A stretch of DNA of 64,000 nt from an uncultured delta proteobacterium (GTDB lineage: Bacteria > Desulfobacterota > Binatia > Binatales > Binataceae). Positions 36,206-46,053 of this stretch are shown here, in pieces. Position 1 is the first letter of the stretch; each line of letters opens with the position of its first letter. Below the pieces are notes generated by a model that was not told where the DNA came from, did no database searches, and saw nothing but the letters and a program-made list of their open reading frames with translations. The position numbers and the translations under genes were made by a program. The stretch covers positions 1,344,001 to 1,408,000 of the forward strand of contig CAVRVY010000004.1 of assembly GCA_963724765.1 (NCBI GenBank). Reading direction: 5' to 3'.

Positions 36206-36883
36206 ATGAGCAAACACAAAGACGAAAAACATCGCCACCAAGAGCCAGCAGCCGAATGGAGCCTGGGCCACGATGAGCGCAGGCCCGCGACCGACGATCC
36301 GGCACAGAGCCCAATCGAACTTAGCCCCGACGACCTGGCCGGGCCGCAGTCCTCAGACGCGGCCGCGCTTCACGAGCAACTCGCCAGCAAAGACAAGGAA
36401 ATCGCCGACCTTAAGGACAAGTACCTGCGCGCCCTGGCTGACACCGACAATATCCGCAAGCGGATGCGTCAGCAGAGCGAGGACACTGTGCGCCTGCAGC
36501 GCGAGAATCTGCTGCGCGACCTGCTGCCGATAACCGATAACCTCGAACGCGCGGTCGAGGCAGCGCGCGGCGGCGGCGATGGCAAGCCGATCGTCGAAGG
36601 GGTCGAGATGGTGCTGCGCTCGCTGCTCGACCTGCTGCGCACCAACGGTGTGATTCCGCGGGAATCGGTGGGCCGGCCGTTCGATCCGCAGTTTCACGAG
36701 GCCGTCGACCACGTCGAGAGCGGCGCGCATCCGCCCAACACGGTCATCAGCGAGTTTCATCGCGGCTACCAGGTCGGCGAGCGCGTGCTGCGCCCGGCGC
36801 GAGTGGCGGTCGCCAAGGCGCCGTCGCGCGACGGCCCGTCGCAAAAGAACGGTGAAGACGGCGGTGGCGTTGACAACAGTTAG
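36206..36883 (+). CDS. grpE: Nucleotide exchange factor GrpE
   Basis: YLRALADTDNIRKR, LLPITDNLERA, FDPQFHEAV, GY...RVLRPARVAV. Confidence 0.96.
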   Translation: MSKHKDEKHRHQEPAAEWSLGHDERRPATDDPAQSPIELSPDDLAGPQSSDAAALHEQLASKDKEIADLKDKYLRALADTDNIRKRMRQQSEDTVRLQRENLLRDLLPITDNLERAVEAARGGGDGKPIVEGVEMVLRSLLDLLRTNGVIPRESVGRPFDPQFHEAVDHVESGAHPPNTVISEFHRGYQVGERVLRPARVAVAKAPSRDGPSQKNGEDGGGVDNS

Positions 36884-36956
36884 ACGGTCAAACAGTTAGA
36901 TCGTTGAAAACGTCAAAATAATGATTATTTGGAAAAGTTAGAGGCTTCTTAAAGAC

Positions 36957-38897
<1,941 letters not shown>

Positions 38898-38926
38898 GCG
38901 GCGGCTTCATTACAGTGGCAAAGCTA

Positions 38927-38968
38927 CGGACCCCGGTGCCAGCCTGTGCAACAGAGCGCCGGGGTCCG
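38927..38968 (+). terminator. GC-rich hairpin after dnaK (terminator or mRNA stabiliser)
   Basis: cggaccccgg...ccggggtccg followed by cttacttt. Confidence 0.55.
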
Positions 38969-39005
38969 CTTACTTTCAGCGGCGGTGTAGTCTAGAATTG
39001 CGCTA

Positions 39006-40136
39006 ATGCCCTCCCAGGCCAAAAAACGCGACTATTACGAGATCCTTGGAGTCGACCGCGGCGTCGGCGAGGAGGATCTCAAGAAAGCCTACCGCCGCCT
39101 CGCGATCCAGTCTCATCCCGACCGCAATCCCGGCGACAAACAAGCAGAGGAGCGCTTCAAGGAACTCAACGAAGCCTACCAGGTGCTGTCCGACGCGGAG
39201 CGTCGCGCGCAGTATGACCGTTACGGACACGCCGCCTTCCAGGGACCGCAGGGCAACGGCTTCGGTTTCGAGTTCACCCAGGGTTTCGAGGAAGTCTTCT
39301 CGGATATTTTCGGCGACTTCTTCGGCACCGGACGCGGACGCACCCGCTCGCGCTCGCGGCGCGGCGACGACCTGCGCTACGATCTCGAAATCGGATTCGA
39401 GGAAGCCGCGCGCGGTGCCGAGAAAGTGATCAGGTTCCAGCGCCTGGCGACCTGCGACGCCTGCTCCGGAAGCCGGGCGCGCGGCGGCGCCGAGGGCGCT
39501 CGCACCTGCCCCAACTGCCGCGGCACCGGACAGGTTCGCACCCAACAGGGCTTCTTTTCCATCGCCACCACCTGCGGCCAATGCCGCGGCGAGGGTACGA
39601 TCATCGCCGACCCCTGCCCCAAGTGCCAGGGCCAGGGACGCACCCGCCGTCCGGAGTCGTTGTCGGTAAGGATTCCGCCCGGCGTCGACAACGGGTCGCG
39701 CCTGAAGCTGCGCGGCGAGGGCGAGGCCGGATGGGGCGGCGGACCGTCGGGCGACCTCTACGTGGTAGTCCACGTCAAGGAGCACGACCTCTTCGTACGC
39801 CAGGATAACGACGTAATTATCGAAATGCCGATGAGCTTTCCGCAGGCCGCGCTCGGCACCGAGGTCGAAGTGCCGACGCTCGACGGTAAGGTCAAACTGA
39901 AGATCCAGGCGGGCACGCAATCGGGCAAGGTGTTCCGGCTCAAAGGCAAAGGCTTTCCCGATCTCCACGGCTATGGACGCGGCGACCAGCTCGTGCGGGT
40001 GGTGGTCGAGACTCCGCGGCGGCTGACCGCGCGCCAGCGCGAGCTGCTCGAGGAGTTCGCGGGCATCGACGGCGAGGCCATCAACCATCCGCTCTCCAAG
40101 GGCTTCGTGGATAAGCTCAAAGAGATGTTCGGCTAG
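39006..40136 (+). CDS. dnaJ: Chaperone DnaJ
   Basis: [12 protein letters not shown] motif, G/F region, four CxxCxG repeats. Confidence 0.98.
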   Translation: MPSQAKKRDYYEILGVDRGVGEEDLKKAYRRLAIQSHPDRNPGDKQAEERFKELNEAYQVLSDAERRAQYDRYGHAAFQGPQGNGFGFEFTQGFEEVFSDIFGDFFGTGRGRTRSRSRRGDDLRYDLEIGFEEAARGAEKVIRFQRLATCDACSGSRARGGAEGARTCPNCRGTGQVRTQQGFFSIATTCGQCRGEGTIIADPCPKCQGQGRTRRPESLSVRIPPGVDNGSRLKLRGEGEAGWGGGPSGDLYVVVHVKEHDLFVRQDNDVIIEMPMSFPQAALGTEVEVPTLDGKVKLKIQAGTQSGKVFRLKGKGFPDLHGYGRGDQLVRVVVETPRRLTARQRELLEEFAGIDGEAINHPLSKGFVDKLKEMFG

Positions 40137-40185
40137 CACGACCGGACTGTCGCTCCGGACGTTTCGCACAGCACTCTTACGACCA

Positions 40186-41175
40186 TCAAGCTGACCGGTC
40201 TCGCAATGAGCGGCCCAGGCGCTCCCATAGCGCGCGGCGCATCACGCCCGGCGGCGGCGCCACGCCGTTGAAAAGCTCGAATGCGAGTTCACCTTGATTC
40301 ACTAACATCCCGGCTCCGTCGGCCGCTCGCCGTCCAAGCGCACTCGCGGGCCGCAAAAAAGCCGTCGGTTGCGCCGCATAGATAAGATCGTAGAAGAAGC
40401 ATTCGCGAGAAGTGCGCGCGTAGTCGATTCGTGCAAAGCGCGCCTGCGTGAGCCCCATCGGCGTCGCGTTGATCACGATAGCGGCGCGCTCTAGCAGCGA
40501 CGTGTCGGCCAGCGCGTCGAGTCCGCGCACGGAAAACGCCGCGCTGCCAAGCGTGCGCGGGAGCCGTGCGCGCAGACGGCGCGTCAGCGCGGTGGCGCGC
40601 GCCGGCGTGCGATTGGCGATCGCAACCTCGCCCGCACCGCAGCGCAGGCAAGCTACAACCGCCGAGGCGGCCGCGCCGCCCGCGCCGATCACGATCGCGG
40701 TCGCGCCCTTAAGCGCGATACTCAAGCTGTTGAGGTCGCGCTCGAGGCCGCGCGCGTCGGTGTTGTCGCCGTAGAGACCCGCGGGACGGTTCACGATGCA
40801 ATTGATCGCGCCTAGCATCTGCGCCTCGGCGCTCAGCTTCGCGACCATCCTGAGCGCCCGCTCTTTGTGCGGCACGGTCAGGTTAACGCCCAGGATCTCC
40901 AGTGCTGGAAGCGCGTGCAGCGCCGCCGCGAGCATCGGGGGCGTGACGTGAAACGCCGCGTACACGCGATCCAGACCGAGCGCGGTATACGCCGCGTTAT
41001 GCATTGCGGGCGAGAGCGAATGCTCGACCGGATCTCCGAAGACGGCGGTGAGGCGGGTCGCGCCGCCAAGCGGCGCGACCCGCCTCACCGCCACCGTATC
41101 CGTCGCAGGTGCGCGCGTTGCGGCGCCTCCTGCTGCGGCGCGCGTCGCCCCGCGCCGGCGGCGGCGCTCAGCCAC
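40186..41175 (-). CDS. aroE: Shikimate dehydrogenase
   Basis: GDPVEHSLSPAMHN, NLTVPHK, NTDARG, GAGGAA, INATPMG, YDLIY, GAGMLVNQG. Confidence 0.93.
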   Translation of the reverse strand: MAERRRRRGATRAAAGGAATRAPATDTVAVRRVAPLGGATRLTAVFGDPVEHSLSPAMHNAAYTALGLDRVYAAFHVTPPMLAAALHALPALEILGVNLTVPHKERALRMVAKLSAEAQMLGAINCIVNRPAGLYGDNTDARGLERDLNSLSIALKGATAIVIGAGGAAASAVVACLRCGAGEVAIANRTPARATALTRRLRARLPRTLGSAAFSVRGLDALADTSLLERAAIVINATPMGLTQARFARIDYARTSRECFFYDLIYAAQPTAFLRPASALGRRAADGAGMLVNQGELAFELFNGVAPPPGVMRRALWERLGRSLRDRSA

Positions 41176-41743
41176 CGCCGATTCGTGCGCGCTCGGCGCG
41201 CACTTCCTCGGCGGTGAAGAGCCATCGATAGTCGAGGCCGGCGGCGGCGAAGGCCGCGGCCGCGCCTTCGCCGCGATCGACCAGCGCGAAAGCCTTTGTC
41301 ACCGTCGCGCCGGCCTCCTTGAGCGCGGCGGCGGCCTGCAGGCTCGAGCCGCCGGTGGTAATCGTGTCGTCGATCACTGCGGAGCGTAGCTCATTTCGGA
41401 ATGCGCCTTCGATCTGCTGCTGCAAGCCATGCGGCTTCATCTCCTTGCGCACGAAGAAGCCGCGCAATTTGGCATCATGATTGTGGGCCGCGGCGATCAG
41501 CGCGTCGGTGACCGGCAGCGCGCCGGCCGCCATCCCGCCGATCTGTTCGATTCCCTCGGCCAGCACCAGTTCGAGCATCAGCTCGCCGGCCAGATACGCG
41601 CCGCGCGGCAGGTAGAGCGTGCGTTTGCAATCGATGTAGTAGTGAGACGACCGCCCCGAGGCGAGCGTGAGCGCGGCGGAGCGCTCGAAGTAGGACTCGC
41701 GGGCAAGCAGGGTGAGCAGTTCGCTACGTTGGCTTTGATTCAT
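41168..41743 (-). CDS. pyrE: Orotate phosphoribosyltransferase
   Basis: TLASGRSSHYYIDCK, FFVRKEMKPHG, VIDDTITTGGS, LVDRGEG. Confidence 0.93.
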   Translation of the reverse strand: MNQSQRSELLTLLARESYFERSAALTLASGRSSHYYIDCKRTLYLPRGAYLAGELMLELVLAEGIEQIGGMAAGALPVTDALIAAAHNHDAKLRGFFVRKEMKPHGLQQQIEGAFRNELRSAVIDDTITTGGSSLQAAAALKEAGATVTKAFALVDRGEGAAAAFAAAGLDYRWLFTAEEVRAERARIGGG

Positions 41744-41860
41744 GGGGGTCTTGAGCGCGATTTTACCTGCCGGCGCGCCGCGCACAAGAGCCGCCGCGAT
41801 ACGCCGGTGCGCGCAGGCGACGCGTGCCACTGGAGCGGCGGCTTGGTATCATCGTCGACC

Positions 41861-42547
41861 ATGTTCTTCGCGCCATTTCTTTTTCTGTACGCGATAATTT
41901 TCTTTTTCGCACTCGCCCTGCTGTTCGGATTGCTCGAGCTCGGCGCGATCGACTACGCCTTCAACGCGCTGGGTCTGCCACCTCATGCGGCGTTCTGGGC
42001 GCTGATCATCAGTCTGCTCGGCAGTTACATCAACATTCCCATCTCGCGCATCGAGCACGGCGGCGAACCTTCCGCGCCCGACGTGGTCGGCTACTTCGGG
42101 ATGCGCTACCGGGTACCGGCACACCTTGCGGCGGGACGTTCGACAGTGGTGGCGATAAACGTGGGCGGCGCGATCGTGCCGCTATGCATCTGTGCGTGGA
42201 TATTCGCGGCCGACCCTGCAGTGTTCCTGCGGGCGGCCCTGGGAACCGCGATCGTGACCTTCATAGTGCATCGCGCGGCACGGCCGATCCCGGGGATGGG
42301 AATCGCCACGCCGATGTTCATCCCGCCGATCGTCGCCGCGCTCGTGGGAATGTTGTTAAGCGGCGGTGTTCCCCATCATGCCGACGCGATCGCGTATATC
42401 AGCGGGGTGATGGGAACGCTCATCGGCGCCGACCTGATGAACCTCGGACGATTGAGCGAGCTTGGCGCGCCGGTCGCGTCGATCGGGGGCGCCGGGACGT
42501 TCGACGGAATTTTTCTGACCGGGATTGTCGCAGTGCTGCTCGCGTAA
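41861..42547 (+). CDS. DUF1614 domain membrane protein
   Basis: GSYINIP, AINVGGAIVP, ARPIPGMGI, GTLIGADL, SIGGAGTFDGIFLTG. Confidence 0.88.
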   Translation: MFFAPFLFLYAIIFFFALALLFGLLELGAIDYAFNALGLPPHAAFWALIISLLGSYINIPISRIEHGGEPSAPDVVGYFGMRYRVPAHLAAGRSTVVAINVGGAIVPLCICAWIFAADPAVFLRAALGTAIVTFIVHRAARPIPGMGIATPMFIPPIVAALVGMLLSGGVPHHADAIAYISGVMGTLIGADLMNLGRLSELGAPVASIGGAGTFDGIFLTGIVAVLLA

Positions 42548-42586
42548 AGATACCGCGCGCACTTCGCTCCGAAACCGCTCGCGCGT

Positions 42587-42988
42587 TCAGGCCGGCTTGA
42601 ACTTGACCAGCGTATGCTCGGGCGTCACGTCATCGAACTGCACCACCACCGGCATCCCGACCTTCACGCTCTCGGGCGCGGCGACGATATTGCTCGTCAT
42701 CCGCGGCCCCTCGTCGAGCTCGACGATCGCCAGCACGTAGGGTTGATCGGCGAACGAGCGGCTCGAGGCGCGGCGCACCACCGTGTAGCTGTAGACCTTG
42801 CCGCGGCCGCTGACGCGCTCCCACGAAAGGTGGTCCGAAAAACAGTGCGGACATCGTTCGCGCGGATAATAAATGTACGCCTTGCATGCGGCGCATCGCT
42901 GGAGGCTCAGTTCATGGCGTCGCGCCGCCTCCCAGAACGGGTGGCTGGTCGGCGTCGGCTTGGGCAGTGGTTTGTTATATTCGCTCAT
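42587..42988 (-). CDS. Zn-ribbon/OB-fold protein (DUF35, ChsH2-like)
   Basis: PFWEAA, QRCAAC...CPHC, GKVYSYTVV, PYVLAIVELDEGPRM; ATGA overlap with the thiolase gene. Confidence 0.92.
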   Translation of the reverse strand: MSEYNKPLPKPTPTSHPFWEAARRHELSLQRCAACKAYIYYPRERCPHCFSDHLSWERVSGRGKVYSYTVVRRASSRSFADQPYVLAIVELDEGPRMTSNIVAAPESVKVGMPVVVQFDDVTPEHTLVKFKPA

Positions 42989-44145
42989 GAGCGCCGCTCC
43001 AGGATCAGGCTTGCCTGCTCGCTCATGATCCCGCCGTTGCCATTGACGTAGGCGAGTTGCGCGTCCTTGACCTGGCGTTCGCCGCCGCGGCCCATCAACT
43101 GGCGCACCGCTTCCGTCACGTGACTCATCCCGCCGCCCAGTCCCGGCTGTCCGAAAGAGAGTTGGCCGCCGTGCGTATTGCATGGAAAGTCGCCGGCGTA
43201 CGACAGATCGTGATCCCACACGAATTTGCCGCCCTGCCCTTTCTTGCAAAACCCGGCGTCCTCGAGCGTCACGATCACCGTGATGGTGTAGCAGTCATAC
43301 GGACAGACCAGGTCGATGTCCTTGTGGGCGACACCGGCCATCTTGAAGGCCGTCTCGGCCGCAATTTTGACAGGAGAGTCGGTCAGCGACGGCGCGTAAG
43401 TGATCGACGCGTGATTGGAGTATTCGCCCGCGCCGAGTAGCCAGGCCGGCGGATGCTTGGCGCGCCGCGCGACCTCGGGCGAGGCCACGACCACCGCCGA
43501 TCCGCCGCTGCACGGGCTGACGATTTCGTAGAGATGGAGCGGGTCGACGATCATGCGCGAATTGAGCACGTCGTCGATCGTGAGTTCGCGATCGTTGAAG
43601 GTCGCAAGCGGATTCTTGACCGCGCTCTTGCGCTGGTCGACCGCAACCTTCGCCATCTGCTGCGCCGTGGTCCCGTACTCATACATATGGCGATTGGCGA
43701 TCATCGCGTAGCCGCAGTTGGCGCCGATATTTCCGTAGGGCGCCTCGAACTCGCGCTGCACCGAGATCACCGGCGGCTTCTGGTCGCCGAACTTGTTGAG
43801 GTCGCCGACCACGCACAGCACCGCGTTGCACATCCCGGCGTGAATCGCCGCCGCCGCCCGCCATACCATCCCGGCCGGACTCGCGCCGCCGATATCGACC
43901 TGGTTGAGCATCCGCGGATTGATCCCCATCACCTCGGCGACGCTCGCCGGGTACAGCATCCCGGCATCCGCAAACGCCATCCCGCAGAGGAACCCGTCGA
44001 TGTCTTTGGTCTCGAGCCCCGCATCCGCGATCGCCTCGGCCGCCGCGTTCGACATAAGGCCGAGCGCGGTCGCGTCGGGCGGCGCGTCCTTGGTGGGCTT
44101 CAGTTCGCCGATTCCGACCACGGCGGCCGTTCCTTTAAGACTCAT
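42985..44145 (-). CDS. SCP2/Ltp2-type thiolase-fold protein
   Basis: AAVVGIG, YDCYT, LEDAGFC, NTHGGQLS, HVTEAVRQL. Confidence 0.9.
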   Translation of the reverse strand: MSLKGTAAVVGIGELKPTKDAPPDATALGLMSNAAAEAIADAGLETKDIDGFLCGMAFADAGMLYPASVAEVMGINPRMLNQVDIGGASPAGMVWRAAAAIHAGMCNAVLCVVGDLNKFGDQKPPVISVQREFEAPYGNIGANCGYAMIANRHMYEYGTTAQQMAKVAVDQRKSAVKNPLATFNDRELTIDDVLNSRMIVDPLHLYEIVSPCSGGSAVVVASPEVARRAKHPPAWLLGAGEYSNHASITYAPSLTDSPVKIAAETAFKMAGVAHKDIDLVCPYDCYTITVIVTLEDAGFCKKGQGGKFVWDHDLSYAGDFPCNTHGGQLSFGQPGLGGGMSHVTEAVRQLMGRGGERQVKDAQLAYVNGNGGIMSEQASLILERRS

Positions 44146-44302
44146 CGCAACACGCTCCGGTTCTGTTTCATTGCTTCACTGCCAATCGCTATCGACTACC
44201 ACCGAACTACCACAATCTTGGCGCGATCGGTAAACGGGAGCGGGCTGACAGCGCCGCCGCTTTCGGCTAGCGTGGTCGGATTCTCAAGGAGAGTTTTAAA
44301 CG

Positions 44303-44482
44303 ATGGCTTTTGTCATGTGCGACGACCATAACCTCTCCGTCGAGGCCGACGGAATGGACGTGGCCACCGCCAAGCAGACTATGTTGGGCGACCCCAAGCC
44401 GAATCCGACCGCGATCGAAAAGGAGCTGAACGAGTTCGGCCGCGCCCATCGCGATTGTAATTTGCGCATCGTACCCGATTGA
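44303..44482 (+). CDS. 59-aa small protein with CxxH...HxxC motifs (absent from the ORF track)
   Basis: RBS aaggagag; MAFVMCDDHNLSVEADGMDVATAKQTMLGDPKPNPTAIEKELNEFGRAHRDCNLRIVPD*. Confidence 0.65.
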   Translation: MAFVMCDDHNLSVEADGMDVATAKQTMLGDPKPNPTAIEKELNEFGRAHRDCNLRIVPD

Positions 44483-44560
44483 ACGGAATGCCGGATTGAA
44501 CGGAATCCCCGATTGAACGGCATCCCCTGACTGACGGAGACTCGCGACTGACGGAATCGG
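44474..44560. repeat. ~17-bp degenerate tandem repeat overlapping the stop of the small ORF
   Basis: cccgattgaacggaatg / ccggattgaacggaatc / cccgattgaacggcatc / then two degenerate gactgacgga copies. Confidence 0.8.
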
Positions 44561-44563
44561 ATC

Positions 44564-45772
44564 ATGTACGACGCGATCGTAGTGGGCGCGCGATGCGCCG
44601 GGGCGCCGACGGCGATGCTGCTCGCGCGCGCGAGCCATCGCGTGCTGCTGGTAGACCGGGCGACGTTTCCCAGCGACATCATGTCGACGCATTACATCCA
44701 TCAGCCGGGCGTCGCGCGCCTAATGCGATGGGGCCTGCTCGACGCGGTGCTCGCCACCAACTGTCCGCCAATCGAGCGCATCCGGCTCGACGCCGGGCCG
44801 CTCGCGCTCGAAGGCGCGCCGGTGCCATATGAGGACACCGCGATCGCACTCTGTCCGCGGCGCGTGGCGCTCGACAAAATCCTCTTCGACGCGGCCGCGC
44901 GGGCGGGCGCTGAAGTGCGCGACGGGTTCGTGGTCGACTCGCTGAGTTTTGAGGACGGCCGCGTGACCGGAATTCGCGGCCGCGATCTCCGTGGCGCGAA
45001 GGAGTGTCACGAGCGGGCGCAAATCGTGATCGGCGCCGACGGTCCGTGGTCGACGGTCGCGCGCGCAGTGAACCCGTCCGAATACGAGACCGTGCCCGCG
45101 ATGACCTGCGGCTATTACAGCTACTTCAGCGGCGTGCGTCTGAGCGCCTGCGAAGTTCATCCGCGCCCCGGATGCTCGACGCTCGGCTTTGCCACCAACG
45201 ACGCGCTCACCTGCGTCGCGATCGAGCGGCCCAAGGCCGAGTTCGAGGCCTGGCGCGCCGATATCGAGGATGGATTTTTCAAGGCGCTGGAATCGGCGCC
45301 GGACCTGTGCGAGCGAGTGCGCGCGGGCAAGCGCGAGGAGCGTTTCGTCGGCACGGGCGGGATCGCGAATTACTTCCGCAAGCCATACGGCCCCGGATGG
45401 GCGCTGGTGGGCGACGCCGGCTATCACAAGGATCCAATCACCGGCTTCGGCATCACGGACGCGCTGCGCGACGCCGAGCTTTTGGCCGAAGCCGCCGGTG
45501 CGGGACTCGCCGGGCGCGAGCTGATGGAGCAGGCGCTCGCACGCTACGAGAGCGCGCGCAACGCCGCCTCGATGGAACTCTACCGCTTCACCTGCGACCA
45601 GGCGCGGCTGGAGGGGCCGTCGCCGATGATGCTGGCGTTGATGGCCGCGCTCAGCGCCAACGCCGCCGATACGCGCCGCTTCATGGGCACGGTCGCCACC
45701 ACCGTCGCGATGTCCGAGTTTTACGCGCCGAGCAATCTGATGCGGATCATGCGCGCGGCCGGCCGCGCGTAG
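44564..45772 (+). CDS. FAD-dependent oxidoreductase (GG-reductase/monooxygenase-like)
   Basis: YDAIVVGARCAG, DRATFPSD, IGADG, LVGDAGYHKDPITGFGITDA. Confidence 0.9.
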   Translation: MYDAIVVGARCAGAPTAMLLARASHRVLLVDRATFPSDIMSTHYIHQPGVARLMRWGLLDAVLATNCPPIERIRLDAGPLALEGAPVPYEDTAIALCPRRVALDKILFDAAARAGAEVRDGFVVDSLSFEDGRVTGIRGRDLRGAKECHERAQIVIGADGPWSTVARAVNPSEYETVPAMTCGYYSYFSGVRLSACEVHPRPGCSTLGFATNDALTCVAIERPKAEFEAWRADIEDGFFKALESAPDLCERVRAGKREERFVGTGGIANYFRKPYGPGWALVGDAGYHKDPITGFGITDALRDAELLAEAAGAGLAGRELMEQALARYESARNAASMELYRFTCDQARLEGPSPMMLALMAALSANAADTRRFMGTVATTVAMSEFYAPSNLMRIMRAAGRA

Positions 45773-45843
45773 TCGCCACAGCGACGCGCTAAGCGATGCG
45801 GCACGTTACGCGATGCGATGGGCGGCATCGGCGGCGAGTCGTG

Positions 45844-45873
45844 TTGACCCTGCTCATCGCGCGCCGCTAGTAT
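45844..45873 (+). promoter_or_regulatory. Candidate sigma70 promoter of the tRNA
   Basis: TTGACC-N18-TAGTAT ending 5 nt before tRNA position 1. Confidence 0.55.
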
Positions 45874-45878
45874 GCCGG

Positions 45879-45955
45879 GGCGGGGTGGAGCAGTCTGGTA
45901 GCTCGCCGGGCTCATAACCCGGAGGTCGAAGGTTCAAATCCCTCCCCCGCAACCA
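45879..45955 (+). tRNA. tRNA-Met(CAT), initiator type
   Basis: Cloverleaf GGCGGGGTGGAGCAGTCTGGTAGCTCG-CCGGGCTCATAACCCGG-AGGTC-GAAGGTTCAAATCCCTC-CCCCGCAACCA; three G-C anticodon pairs, A11:U24, 1/72 mismatch, encoded CCA. Confidence 0.93.
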
Positions 45956-45989
45956 AAAAACCCGCGCTGATGCGGGTTTTTTATTTTTT
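45955..45989 (+). terminator. Intrinsic terminator after the tRNA (bidirectional geometry)
   Basis: aaaaaacccgc-gctgat-gcgggttttttatttttt. Confidence 0.85.
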
Positions 45990-46053
45990 CCTGCAAACGT
46001 CCATCCGAAATCGCGCCGCCGGCGCGCGTCATCGTAGCGCGCGGCACAGCGCA

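Noticed and set aside
39003-40169. 388-aa minus-strand ORF (and similar ones opposite dnaK, coxI, actB)
   Set aside because: Antisense shadows typical of high-GC coding DNA.
44474-44560. Short repeats as a CRISPR array
   Set aside because: Units are contiguous with no unique spacers, only ~17 bp long and degenerate, and there are no cas genes.
45879-45955. tRNA as an integration site of a genomic island
   Set aside because: No integrase and no duplicated tRNA 3' end were seen in the window.
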